A DNA stretch of 64,000 nucleotides from an uncultured Acidobacteriota bacterium (GTDB lineage: Bacteria > Acidobacteriota > Vicinamibacteria > Vicinamibacterales > 2-12-FULL-66-21): assembly GCA_963734695.1 (NCBI GenBank), contig CAVTIL010000009.1:91102-155101 (forward strand), written 5' to 3'. Below the pieces are notes generated by a model that was not told where the DNA came from, did not search any database, and saw only the letters and a list, made by a program, of their open reading frames with translations. Below are positions 21,661 to 32,711 of this stretch, one piece after another; the stretch's first letter is position 1, and each line of letters starts with the position of its first letter. The position numbers were made by a program, and so were the translations under genes.

Positions 21661-23013
21661 AGTACGCACAGCTGTGACGTACAGGATTGCGCCGGCGAGA
21701 AGGGCGAGCGCGCCATTGCGGAGCTGCACCGTTGTTGCGCCTGCCAATATGGTCAGCGCGATGACGATGGCAGCCGACGGGATGAGCGGGCCGAAGGGAA
21801 CGACGAACGTGGCTGGATTGACCGTCCCCTGAAACCGGCGAGTACGCAGACGCAGCGTCGACGCGCAGGTGCCAAGATACAGGACGAGCCGGCTGATCGC
21901 GCTCACGGTCGCCAACGCCTGGAACGTTCCCGACAACGCGAGAGTCAGCGCCACGGCGGAAGTGACCAGAATGGCGGGCACCGGCGTACCGAAGGTCGCG
22001 TGAACATGCGCGAGGAAACGCGGCAGGTCCCCCTGCTCGGCGAGGGCGAAGAGCGTTCGCGAGCCCGACAGCGCTCCCCCCATGTTGTTCCCGGTGGTCG
22101 AGATCACAGCGGCCAGCGTGATCATGGCGGCTCCTCCCGGTCCGAGGAAGTGTGCAGCCGAATCGGCCAACGGGGTTTTCGAGGCCGCCAGATCCGGGAA
22201 CGTTCCCACGCACACGATCTGCACCAGGGTCACGAGCACCGCGACGAAGCCAATCGTCATGATCAGTGCGAATGGCACGTCGCGGTGCGGGTTGCGAGCC
22301 TCACCGCCGGGGACCGGTACAACCTCGTAACCGCCGAGGGCGTAGATCAAGAGAAGCCCGGTCGATGACAACTCCGCGGCCGGAGGCATGGCATCCGGGC
22401 GAAGGCGGGACCAGTCGACGAAGAACACACCGGCCACCACGAACACCAGCAGCGGCGCCAGCTTACCGAAGGTGAGAAGGTTCACCACGAAGCTGCTCAG
22501 TCGAATGCCGCGGATGTTGATCGCCGTGAGAGCCACGATGATTGTCGCGATCAGCATCGTCCGGGGCGCGCCTGCCGTCATGGCCGGCCAGTAGAAACCA
22601 AGCGACGACACCAGGACGTTGATCACCGCGGCCCAACTGGCCACCCTTGTGAACCACATCATCCAGCCGACTTCAAATCCGGCAAATCGTCCGAAGGCAA
22701 CCCGCGTGTAGATGTACGAGCCCCCGGTCGAATCGAAGCGGCTCGCAACTTCGGCGAAAGACAGGCCGATCAGCATCGACACGATGCCGACTGCCCCAAC
22801 CATCCAGGGACTCCAGGCACCCACGCTCGCTGCGAGCGTGGCGGGCAGCGCAAACACGGCGGCGCCGATGACCTGGTTGACGCCGATTGCCGTGAGATCC
22901 CAGCGGCCAAGCTCCCGTTTGAGACGCGAACCCGTCGGTGAAATCGTGGGCTGGAGCATCGCGAGGGTTGTATCATTTCCACTCGGTGGAAACACGGTAA
23001 TTGGTGATGTCAC
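21622..23013 (-). CDS. APC superfamily amino acid permease
   Basis: 463-aa, 12-TM-like ORF with LTAIGVNQVIGAAVFALP and FAEVASRFDSTGGSYIY motifs. The first ATG overlaps the divergent Rieske gene, so an internal start (MLQPT, about 22959) is plausible. Confidence 0.8.
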   Translation of the reverse strand: MTSPITVFPPSGNDTTLAMLQPTISPTGSRLKRELGRWDLTAIGVNQVIGAAVFALPATLAASVGAWSPWMVGAVGIVSMLIGLSFAEVASRFDSTGGSYIYTRVAFGRFAGFEVGWMMWFTRVASWAAVINVLVSSLGFYWPAMTAGAPRTMLIATIIVALTAINIRGIRLSSFVVNLLTFGKLAPLLVFVVAGVFFVDWSRLRPDAMPPAAELSSTGLLLIYALGGYEVVPVPGGEARNPHRDVPFALIMTIGFVAVLVTLVQIVCVGTFPDLAASKTPLADSAAHFLGPGGAAMITLAAVISTTGNNMGGALSGSRTLFALAEQGDLPRFLAHVHATFGTPVPAILVTSAVALTLALSGTFQALATVSAISRLVLYLGTCASTLRLRTRRFQGTVNPATFVVPFGPLIPSAAIVIALTILAGATTVQLRNGALALLAGAILYVTAVRTRRTNPVEPGRTP

Positions 23014-24141
23014 AACAGACAGACTTGGTCGTAAAAGCGCGCGCCGTCATGCCCCGCGAAGGCTTTACGCTTCCGGCGGAGTACTACGTCGATGTGAATT
23101 ACTTCAACCGCGAAATGGAGGCTCTTTTCGGCCGGATGTGGATCTCGGCCGGGCGCACCGAGCAGATCGAACGGCCGGGGCAATTCTTCGTGCGCGATGT
23201 CCTCGGCGAAAGCCTCATCGTGACCCGATCCCAGTCCGCGCGCGTTTGCGCCTTCTACAATGTGTGCCGACACCGGGGCACGAAACTCTGCACCGAGCCT
23301 GTGGGGATATTTGCGGGCAGCATCCAGTGTCCGTATCACGCGTGGACGTACGATCTTGACGGGCGGCTCATCGGCGCGCCGCACATGGACGAGGTTCCGC
23401 ACTTCCGAAAAGAGGAATACCCACTTCATCAGGTTCACGCGGACGTCTGGGACGGCCACATCTTTCTGAACCTGTCGCAGGATCCCTCACCGCTCGTGTC
23501 ACAGCTGGCGGACCTGCCGGCGAAGTTCAGGCCGTGGCAGATGGAAGCTTTACGGCTCGGCCACCGGATCGTTTACGACGTGAAGGCGAACTGGAAGCTG
23601 CTCATTCAGAACTACAGCGAGTGCCTGCACTGTCCGAATCTTCATCCGGCGCTCAACAAGCTGTCGCACTATCTCAGCGGAGAGAACGAGCCGCTTCGCG
23701 CGACCTACATGGGCGGCCGCATGGATCTGCGGCCGGGAGTGGCGACTCTCTCGACTCGACGGCACCTGCCCTCGAGCATTCCTGCCGGGGCTTTCACAGG
23801 ACGATGTGAGGCGGGTCTACTACTACGCGATCTTTCCGAATATGCTTCTCAGCCTGCACCCTGACTACATGCTGGTGCACACGCTGTGGCCGATGGGCCC
23901 GGACCGCACGGTCAATATCTGCGAGTGGCACTTCCATCCGGACTCACTCGCCAGGCCGGACTTCAGCGCATCGGACGCGATCGAGTTCTGGGACATGACG
24001 AACCGCCAGGACTGGCACGTGTGCGAGCTCTCCCAGGCCGGCATCGCGTCCCGGGCATACACCCCGGGACCGTATTCCAATCGCGAAGACCTGCTCTACG
24101 CGTTCGATCGAATGATTGTGGAGTTGCATAACCGCGGGTGA
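23001..24141 (+). pseudogene. Rieske [2Fe-2S] aromatic-ring-hydroxylating oxygenase alpha subunit; one +1 frameshift near 23757
   Basis: Rieske motif CRHRGTKLC...CPYHAWTY. After GVATLS the reading continues in frame 1 as LDGTCPRAFLPGLSQDDVRRVYYYAIFPN...WHVCE (ORF 23806-24141). Confidence 0.8.
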
Positions 24142-24148
24142 TTCCGTA

Positions 24149-24206
24149 GTCCGGGGTCCGGGGTCCGGGATCCGGGCGAAGCCAGCAGAAGCCAGAAGCC
24201 AGGAGC
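24149..24206. repeat. Two adjacent heptamer microsatellites, (GTCCGGG)n then (GAAGCCA)n
   Basis: gtccggggtccggggtccgggatccggg followed by gaagccagcagaagccagaagccaggagcc, between convergent stop codons (24141 and 24216). Confidence 0.8.
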
Positions 24207-24215
24207 CAAATCCAG

Positions 24216-24479
24216 TCACCGGCTCTCCAGCTGTTCCCGGAGCCGCGCACATTCAGCGGTGGCGGCGTTGGCGCGCTCGAGCGCCGCTTCATACAGCCGT
24301 ATCCAGGTGCGGGAGGATGCGTCGAGGTCTTTCATCTGCAGGCGCAGCCGTGCGTTGCTCTGTGTGAGACAGGCATTTTCCCGCTCCAGCCAGAAGTTCC
24401 GCATTTCGTCGTCCACTCGCACCGGTGAGCTGCTCACCTGCCGCATCGCCAGCGCGTTCAACGTCATCACTGCGTTCAT
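24216..24479 (-). CDS. Small coiled-coil protein, unknown function
   Basis: 87-aa ORF with heptad-like charged sequence (NFWLERENACLTQSNARLRLQMKDLD...LYEAALERANAATAECARLREQLE). It lies downstream of and co-directional with the SagB-like gene. Confidence 0.4.
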   Translation of the reverse strand: MNAVMTLNALAMRQVSSSPVRVDDEMRNFWLERENACLTQSNARLRLQMKDLDASSRTWIRLYEAALERANAATAECARLREQLESR

Positions 24480-24612
24480 GGCCGCTCCCTTTCAGGTCCG
24501 TTGCCCTTCGCCCCGACTGGGGCCGTTGTGGTTCCTGTCTGATGTAACGATGTGGTTGGCAAAAACGAACAGGCGGGCAGGTACCCTGGGGTCCCAGGAG
24601 TGCGACGAGGGA

Positions 24613-25741
24613 TTAGCGGACCAAAAGTCGCTTATTTGGCCGGACCGTGAGCGTTCCCCTGGGCAGGGGCGCCCAGGAGGTGCCACGAGGGGGACGGCCT
24701 ACCCCGGCGCAATAGAGGACCGATTCGGCTATTCCGTCAATGCCCAGATCGGTCTCGATGAGCGTGTCGGCCAGGCCCATGACACAGTAGGGAGCGAGGC
24801 CCAGAGACGTCGCGGTCAAGAGGAACGTCTGACAGACGTGCCCGGCCTCGATCAGCGCCGCCCGGTAGGCGCGCGAATACGTATACCGCCACAACTGTCG
24901 CGCAAACACGGCGGTGAAGAACACCATCGCCGATGCGTTGGCAAAATACCGGCTCTGCGGCACGTACGCACGCATGCGATCGATTGGAACCGGCCCCCCG
25001 ATACGTTCGAGGGCGTGGCGATCCGCCGCGTAGTGATAAATCGCCGGTTTCAGCCCGGTCACGTTGCGGACGACCGCATAACATTCAATTGGATGCCGCG
25101 CTCCGCCGGAAGGCGACGTTTTTAGCGGTATCTCGCTGTCGCCGACTCGCGCCCATTTCTGAACGCCCGCGCTCACACCGAGGACAGTGGATAAATCCTC
25201 GAGCGTGATGGGTATCTTTGAGAATCTTCGCCACGTGCGTCTGGCCGCCGCGATGCCGGCGAATTGCCCTTCAACGGGTTCTGGCAGGTCGATTCGTTCG
25301 ACCCCTCGATAACGTTTCTGACTGGCCGGTTTGGGGTCAACCCGCTTGCGCGCGCGGCGGGCCGATTCCTGCCGCGACCAGTAGCGGACGTCCTTCGTGG
25401 CGGTGTGAAAAAATCCGGCTTCAGGGTTCCACCGATCGAAGAGCGGTCATTGCTCGCGCGCGCGGATCCTGTGGGTGATCGGAGCGGTCGAGGAAGGAGC
25501 GCTCGACCAATCGACCAATGAGTGCAGGAATCCGGACCGCTGCTTCGGGAGGAAAAGCGCTGGACAGCGCAATCGGCGTTCGCCAATCGCCACAGAGGTC
25601 CAGAAGCGAGCACACCAATGGATTGGCTGTGGTCGCGATTCCCGTGGCGTAGTTTCGAATGATCAGCTGTCCATCACGCCAGTAGACAAGGACGTGCGGC
25701 GATCGCCTGACCCGCAGTGGCCTTCCCTGCGCTTCCTTCAC
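24613..25741 (-). pseudogene. SagB/ThcOx-type nitroreductase-fold dehydrogenase; one frameshift near 25445
   Basis: The N-terminal part is ORF 25421-25741 (VLVYWRDGQLIIRNYATG...LLDLCGDWRT). It continues in another frame as FDRWNPEAGFFHTATKDVRYW and then ORF 24613-25176 (SPSGGARHPIECYAVV, YRAALIEAGHVCQTFLLTATSLGLAPYC). The GTG start overlaps the upstream stop (GTGA). Confidence 0.65.
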
Positions 25742-26097
25742 CGCAGGTCAGGAACCAAAAAACATGTCGTCCCCGCAGGGCCCCCGTCGATACCGACACA
25801 GACAGTCTGCTCAATGTTCTGCACCCAGCTGAGAAACAGCTCGCGCGTTTCAGGGAGCCGCTTGGCTGGATCCCCCTGATCGATTCGGCGCTGCAGGGTC
25901 TCGATGGCTCGCTGGAGGTCCGTCTTCAGTTTCTTGACGTCGAGCCCCTCACGCGGCTCCTGATACGACGAAAAGGCTGCCCTTTTCGGCGTCTTCGTAC
26001 GTTTGACGGCGGACTTCTTCGCGCCCTTCGTAGCGCCCTTCTTTGTGCCCTTCGCGCGGCTGGCAGACGCACGAGTCTTCTTCGATCGTTTTGCCAC
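25738..26097 (-). CDS. Lys/Arg-rich (histone H1-like tail) protein, unknown function
   Basis: MAKRSKKTRASASRAKGTKKGATKGAKKSAVKRTKTPKRAA is followed by a helical segment (LDVKKLKTDLQRAIETLQRRIDQGD). The stop overlaps the start of the SagB-like gene. Confidence 0.5.
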   Translation of the reverse strand: MAKRSKKTRASASRAKGTKKGATKGAKKSAVKRTKTPKRAAFSSYQEPREGLDVKKLKTDLQRAIETLQRRIDQGDPAKRLPETRELFLSWVQNIEQTVCVGIDGGPAGTTCFLVPDLR

Positions 26098-26166
26098 TGA
26101 AGATCCTCCCAGAAATGTGCAGCGAGTCTAGGCCACTCCCCGAGCGGGGGTCAAGGAGATACCCCG

Positions 26167-28756
26167 TCACTTCTTGCGCGCGTCAGGGATGCGCAGCCGG
26201 GCGAGAAGCGCCTGGAAGCGTGGCATCGGGCGGAGCTCATCGACGCGAGGATCAACCGCGAGCCACAGCACCGATGGATCACGCTCGTTGATCGCTTCTT
26301 CAAAAAAGTCGAGCGCGCGATCTCGATTGCCGAAAGCCAGTTGCACCTGCGCGAGACTATTGGCGACGATTCGCTGGTGGGCGGCGGTGGCGGCCCGCTG
26401 GAGCTCAGACAGATGTCGCTCCGCTTCGTCGCGCCTCCCCGTGAGTGCCTCCAGTCGAACTATCTCGATCTCCAGCCCTGTGTTCCCAGTTCCAACGATC
26501 TCGCGCATCCTGGTTAACACATCCAGTGCCGCATCGAAATGACCTTCGGCTTCCTCGATGCGTCCCATGATCGCCAACGCTCCGCCGCGCGTCGGTTCCA
26601 GTTGTAACGCGCGCTGGAGAATCTCGCGTGCCGCGGCGTAGTCGCGCCGGTAATACAGAATCATGCCGTGCTCGGTCATGGCTTCGGGAGAGAGGGGATT
26701 CAGCGCTTCTGCTTTCACCGCCTCTTCGGCGCCTTCGTCCAGCCGTCGCGCGGCTGTCAGGAGCCCCGCATACCGTTTTCTGGCATAGGTAAAGCTCGGG
26801 TTCACGTCGAGCGCGCGCTTGTATTCTGCTTCCGCGCCAAGCCAGTCCCACTCGTACCACCACTTGAGATCTCCGAGTGCGGCGCGCGCCTCAGGAAGGT
26901 TGTCGTCGATGTTCAAGGCCTTCTGAATCGCCGCTGAGGCAGACGCACGCCCGTCGGGCCTTGAAATATCGCCGTGGTCTGCCAGAGCGACGTACGCCCG
27001 GGCCGTTGCAGCATGGGCCAGCGCATACTGAGGATCGAGCTGTGTCGCTCTCTCGAACGCCTCGAGCGCCCGGCGCGCGCGCTCGCTTCCGTACTGCGAC
27101 AATTCCTGGCGCCCCTGGAGGTAGGCCGCCTCGGCTGCGGGATTCGTCTGCTGCGGATGATTGAGTCGCGCCGATTCCGACGCCGTAATCGACATGCCCA
27201 GACCCGTCGCTACCGCGCGAGCGATGTCCGCTTGCAATGCGAGAAGTTCTCCGAGCGGGCCGATCGAATGTTTGAGACCACACGGGCACGTTCTCGCCCG
27301 CGGTTATCAAACTGCTGTTCACACGTACTCGGGAAGTGCCGGCCAGACCGCCGTCGATGTACCACACCGTGGTCTCCAGCGCGGCGTCAACGCCCAGATT
27401 CTTGGCGATGGCCGAGGACGGCAACTGCGATCCCTTGAACTGCAGCACCGACGTTCGTGAAACCACTCGCAGCGATTTGATCTGACCAAGCGTGGTGATG
27501 AGTTGATCGTGCAGCCCCTCTCCCATGCCCGGCCGATCCGGTGTGCCCGACAGTTCCACCAGCGGAAGCACGGCGATTGATTTGGTTGCTCCAATACCGC
27601 CAGGTTTGAGGATGCTTCGCGACCCCGTAATCAACCAGATGATGGCAATGGCAAGCGCAGCCGCAGTAAGAGCGAAGCCGGACTCTCGACCATCGTCTGA
27701 CTATTGGCGCGGGGGCAGGAACTGGTGCTTCACGGCCTGGCGCTCCGGTCGCGCGGTGAAGCGCCCGCTCCATCTCGCCAGCACTTGCAAATCGCCGCGC
27801 AGGATCCGATTCGAGCGCACGCTCAATCGCCTGAACGAATTCAGACGGCACGTCGGGGCGAAGATCGCGAAGCCATCGGCGATCGCCGTCGGCGTGCGCA
27901 GCACGCAGTGTGTCGATGTCGAGAGCGGAATAAGGAAACGTGTTGGTCAGCAGATGGAAGAGCAGGACGCCGAGGCTGTAGAGATCGCTCGCGGGCGTCG
28001 GCGGCGCGCCGGCCAGCACTTCTGGCGCGAGATACATCGGCGTGCCGGCAACACCGGCCGCATCGGCACCCTGCGCGCGCCCGGCGCCGAAGTCCATCAG
28101 GACGATTCGTCCGCCCTTCTCGCGCATGACGTTCTGTGCCTTGACGTCACCGTGGACGAGTTCCTGACCGTGGACGGCCGCGAGCGCCCGACACAGATCG
28201 ATCCCGATCGCGGTCGCTTCGCCGGCGCCCAACGCACCGTGCGTGCCGAGCCAGGCCTCCAGCGTCTGGCCGTCCACGAGCTCCATCCAGAGCCCGCACG
28301 CCCGTCGCGGACGTCGGCGCCGTGGACGGTGACGACGTTCGGGTGACGGACTTGCGCGAGCGTGCGGGCTTCGCCAAGCAGACGATCGACGGGTCGGTAC
28401 AGCGTGATGTCGCTGCGCAGCAGCTTGAGCGCGACCGGCCGATTCAACTGTGGATCGTGGGCCCGGTAGATTTGACCAAAGGCTCCCGAGGCGAGACGTG
28501 ACGCGATCGACAGATGCCCCCACGTTGCAGGATCCGCCAACGCCGCATCATCGTCGAGGTGCGTGAGCGCTCGATCTCCCTCTTCGAGAACGAGCGTGCG
28601 ATGCAGCTCGGCGACGCGCGCCACCAGGCGCAGGTTGCGATATCGACTGCGCTCGGCGCTGGTCGCGGCGGCGGCATCGAGGGCGGCCCAGTCGACGTCG
28701 GTCCCGTCGGCTACTGACTCGAGCAACGACTGGTACTGGTCGCGCTCAGGCAACAT
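26167..28756 (-). pseudogene. Ser/Thr protein kinase with TPR C-terminal domain, ECF-sigma associated; at least 3 frameshifts
   Basis: Four overlapping minus ORFs (28097-28756, 27387-28523, 26891-27634, 26167-27237) together give: N-terminal region, kinase core (FGQIYRA, VALKLL, HGDVKAQNVM, DFGAG, GTPMYLAPE), SIAVLPLVELSG juxtamembrane-like region, and TPR repeats. Confidence 0.8.
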
Positions 28757-29331
28757 CGAGTTGCTCCATCAATCGAGCAAGCGCACGCGTGACGGCCACG
28801 CGCGCGGCGTTGGCATTCGGCTTTCCCAAAATAAGTGCTAGCTCCTGATAGTCGTGCTGAAGCTCGAGGCGGCCAATGATGGCCTCGCGATCGACAGGAC
28901 GCAGCCGCTGCAGCGCGGCCTCGTACCGCGCCACGCCTTCGCGCCCGATCGCGATGTCGAGCGGCGACGCCCCCTCAGCCTGGAGTGAATCGGACAGTTC
29001 GGTTGGAACAGGACGACGGCTGAACCGTCGCGCTTCGTCGCGAATCCGGTTGAGGACGGCTTGACGCAGAGTACGCCTGGAGCGCGCCCTCGTGGCGCGA
29101 GTCGAACTGATCCAATCGACGCAGTGAATTGACGACGGTGTCCTGAACGAGATCCTGCGTGTCGAGCGCGCCGCGAGCCGCCGCCGGCAGCCGGCCGCGA
29201 GCCCATCGACGCAACGGAGGCAGGCAGCGCGTGTACAGGCGGTCGAGCGCGTCACGATCGCCATGCCTGACGAGGTCCAGCAATTGTTGTGTGGATTCGA
29301 GAGGGCTTGCGGGGATGCGAGGGTCCGGCAT
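28746..29331 (-). pseudogene. ECF-type sigma-70 family factor; one frameshift near 29090
   Basis: The region 2-like DTQDLVQDTVVNSLRRLDQFD and the region 4-like REAIIGRLELQHDYQELALILGKPNANAARVAVTRALARL lie in two frames. The stop overlaps the kinase ATG (28756) by 11 nt. Confidence 0.75.
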
Positions 29332-29474
29332 CAGTACTTTAGTATCGGTCCGATGATACTCGTACCGTGCGTAGAAAGCGGGCAGATTCACCGATGCCGC
29401 GACGGATCCGGCGAACATGGCCATCAACTAGTCAACGATCACGCGGGGTAAACCGTACACCCCCGACTCGGGTC

Positions 29475-30675
29475 CTATGCCGGCGGCGTAACCACCTTGC
29501 GTCGGGGATTGAAGAACGGGGTCGTGACGACTTTCGCGCTGACCTGATGGCGAACCGCCTCAACCGTAATTTCCATCTGCAGGACGGTACTTTCGGCAAA
29601 ATGCGGACGATCGACCGTTGCCAGTGCGATCATTCGCTTCAGCACGGGCGACCATGTGGTCGAAGTGGCCTTGCCGAGCCTGGCGATCTCCGAAGTAGAC
29701 AGGCACGGCGACGCGAGATGCTGTGGCGCCTACCATGGGCGGCAGCCCGAGCTTCTCGTAAATGCGCTCGACTTCGGTCCACTCGATCTCGAGCCCGACG
29801 ACTTGCCGCGCATGCCCTCGTTCCTTTTCCAATCGGAGCGCCTGCTGACCGATGAAACGCGCCTTGTCGATATTGACGAGCCGGCCCAGACCCATTTCGA
29901 ACGGGGAGTAGGCCTGCGACGCAATCATCGCTTTCTTGCTGCCGGAGAAATCCACGTCGATGAGCAGCAGCCCCGCCTCGATGCGCGCCACATCGAGCGC
30001 GAGCATGCCGGTCGGCTTGATGTCGAATGGTTTGCCTGCGTGCATCAGCGCGTCCCAGACGCGAAGCGCATCCGGCGCCGGCATCCAGATCTCGTATCCC
30101 AGGTCGCCCGTATATCCCGTCCGTGAGATGTCAACGCTCACACCGGCGATGCTGCCGCTGGTGACGCGGAAGTACTTCAGGTTGTCGATGTCGGCGTCGG
30201 CTGCCGCGCGGAGAAGCCGCGCCGAGGTGGGGCCCTGAAGGGCGAGCGCCGCAACGCTCTCCGAGACATCCTCGATCCGAACATCGAGACCAATCGCATT
30301 CTGCGAAAACCAGCGCAGGCTCGGGTCCGCGGCTGTCCAGCGAAACCGGTGCTCCTCGAGCCGCGACACGGTCCCATCGTCAATCACACGGCCCCGCTCG
30401 TCGCACCACGGTGTGTAGAACACCTGACCGGCCGACATCTTCGACACGTCGCGCGTGATGAGACGGTCGACGAACCGGGGCGCATCACGGCCGGTGATCA
30501 TGTACTTGAACAGCGGGGACACGTCGATCAGCGCCGAGGCGTTCCGGATCGCGTTGTACTCGTGCTCGTGATGCCCCTCGTACGCGCTGACCGCATAGTA
30601 GCCGGACCACTCCCGGTAGTTCAGGCTCTCGCAGAGCGCGAGCGTGCGTTCATGAAGGGCGGTGCCAATTGGCAT
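29475..30675 (-). pseudogene. Aminomethyltransferase (GcvT) family folate-binding protein; one frameshift near 29660
   Basis: ALIDVSPLFKYMITGRDA, ALQGP, ISRTGYTGDLGYEIW. The C-terminal segment MEITVEAVRHQVSAKVVTTPFFNPRRK-stop (TAG 29475) is in another frame. Confidence 0.75.
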
Positions 30676-30710
30676 AGGAATCCCCAGTGACCCTGACTTG
30701 TACAGGATCA

Positions 30711-30770
30711 AACAGGAGAACGGGAGAAGGGGAGAAACAACGTTAACTCCCTTTCTCCCTCTCTCCTGTT
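30711..30770. other. Long purine/pyrimidine low-complexity hairpin (24-bp arms)
   Basis: aacaggagaacgggagaaggggag / 12-nt loop / ctccctttctccctctctcctgtt, located 36 nt upstream of the gcvT-like start on the opposite side. Confidence 0.7.
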
Positions 30771-30935
30771 CGTCTCGGACGATGATGCGGCGTGAGGGTG
30801 AACATTGTTGATTCGCGCAGGGATTTTTGAAACCACTTCCAAGCTTAACCTCTCGTCACTGATCGTGAATCTAATCTTCGAAATCCTCGGATCCTTAAAT
30901 CCAGGCTCAGCCCTCCGCGCCGAGCGCAGCGGCGG

Positions 30936-30980
30936 ACCGGATCCCGGATCCCGGATAATCCCGGATCCCGGATCCCGGTC
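30936..30980. repeat. (GGATCCC)n heptamer microsatellite
   Basis: accggatcccggatcccggataatcccggatcccggatcccggtcc. It is the reverse complement of the GGGATCC/GTCCGGG motif at 24149-24176. Confidence 0.8.
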
Positions 30981-31126
30981 CGACAACAGCAAGATAATAG
31001 AGTAGAATCCGAACCGACTTCATGCTCGCCCTGCTCTGCTCGCGAACCGCCGGCCTCTGAGCACGCGTGCCCTGCGCACGCACGAACTGTTTTTCATCCG
31101 ACTGAATGTCCCCGGGCACGACTCGC

Positions 31127-32711
31127 ATGAACTACGACGTCATCATCATCGGCGGCGGCCACAACGGTCTGGTGAACGCCGCCTGTCTCGCGCGCGCGGG
31201 CCGAAAAGTCCTCGTGCTGGAGCGTCGTCACGTGCTGGGCGGCGCGGCGGTCACGGAAGAGATCTACCCGGGCTTCAAGTATTCCGTCTGCTCCTACGTC
31301 GTGTCGCTGCTGCGGCCCGAGATCATTCGCGAGCTCGATCTCGCGCGGCACGGCCTCGAGATCCTTCCGCTCGACGGCACGTTCACGCCCATGCCTGACG
31401 GCAACCACTTGTGGCGCGTCAACGACCACGGGCGCACGCGGCGCGAGATCGCGCGGCACTCGAAGCTCGACGCCGAAGCGTACGACGAGTACGGCAAGGC
31501 CATGATCGAGATGGGCCGCTTCGTGAAGCCAATCCTGACACTGGAGCCGCCCGATCCTTCCTCGCTTGATCCGCGCGGGTTGATCGATCTCTGGTCGCTC
31601 GTCAGCCGCTTCCGGGCGCTCGGCGAGATCGACCAGTACAACCAGATCCAGCTCATGACGATGAGCGCGTCGGATTTTCTGGATCAGTGGTTCGAGACCG
31701 ACGTGTTGAAGGCGACGATGGCGGCGTCGGGGATCATCGGCACGTTTCTCGGCGTGCGATCACCCGGGACGGCCTACGTGCTGCTCCATCACTACATGGG
31801 AGAAATCGACGGCGCATTTCGCTCGTGGGGCCTGTCGCGCGGCGGGACGGGCGCGATTTCGGAAGCCATCGCGGCAGCGGCGAGAGAAGCGGGGGCAGAG
31901 ATTCGCACGGAGACAGCCGTTTCGAAAATCATCGTGAAGGATGACGCCGCGGTCGGCGTCGTGCTCGCCAACGGTGATTACCTCACGGCCAACGTCATTG
32001 CATCGAGCGTCGATCCCCGCGTGACTTTCATGAAGATGATCGGCGCCGAGCATCTGCCAGTGGAGTTCGTCGCCGATATCGAGCGCTATAAGTTTCGCGG
32101 ATCGTCCGGCAAGGTCAATCTCGCTCTGGATGCGCTGCCGGACTTCAAGGCGATGCCCGGTGACGGTCCGCACCTGCGCGGGGCGATCTCCATTTCTCCA
32201 AGCGTCGACTACATGGAGCGTGCCTACGACGACTGCGAAGTACGGTCGGTACTCGAAGCGTCCATATATCGACATCGTCATCCCGAGTCTCACGGATCCG
32301 TCGGTCGCTCCCGCGGGGAAACACGTGATGTCGTGCTTCGTCCAGTACGCGCCCTATCACCTGAAGGAGGGAACGTGGGATGAACAGCGTGAGGCGTTTG
32401 GCGACACGGTGATTGACACGATCGCCGAGTACGCGCCGAACATCAGGAACATCATTCTTCACCGCCAGGTGCTGACCCCGCTCGATATCGAGCGGGAGTT
32501 TGGACTGACGGAAGGAAACATCTTTCAGGGAGAGCTCACGCTCGAGCAGCTGTTCTTTCTCCGCCCGGCGCCCGGGTGGGCGCAGTACCGCACGCCGGTC
32601 AAGAATCTCTACATGTGCGGATCGTCGACCCACCCCGGCGGCGGAATCATGGGCGCGCCCGGACGGAACGCCGCGCGGCGAATCCTCAAGGATCTGGGAG
32701 CGCGCGAGTGA
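31127..32711 (+). pseudogene. FAD-dependent oxidoreductase, phytoene desaturase (CrtI)-like, copy 1; one frameshift near 32235
   Basis: MNYDVIIIGGGHNGLVNAACLARAGRKVLVLERR dinucleotide-binding motif. The C-terminal part lies in ORF 32130-32711 (GELTLEQLFFLRP...MCGSSTHPGGGIMGAPG). Confidence 0.75.

Noticed and set aside
30676-30900. Possible glycine riboswitch upstream of the gcvT-like gene
   Set aside because: The minus-strand leader lacks the conserved GGAGAG...CACCGAAGGGGCAA / CTCTGGAGAG...ACCGAAGG cores. The structured element present is a simple-repeat hairpin instead.
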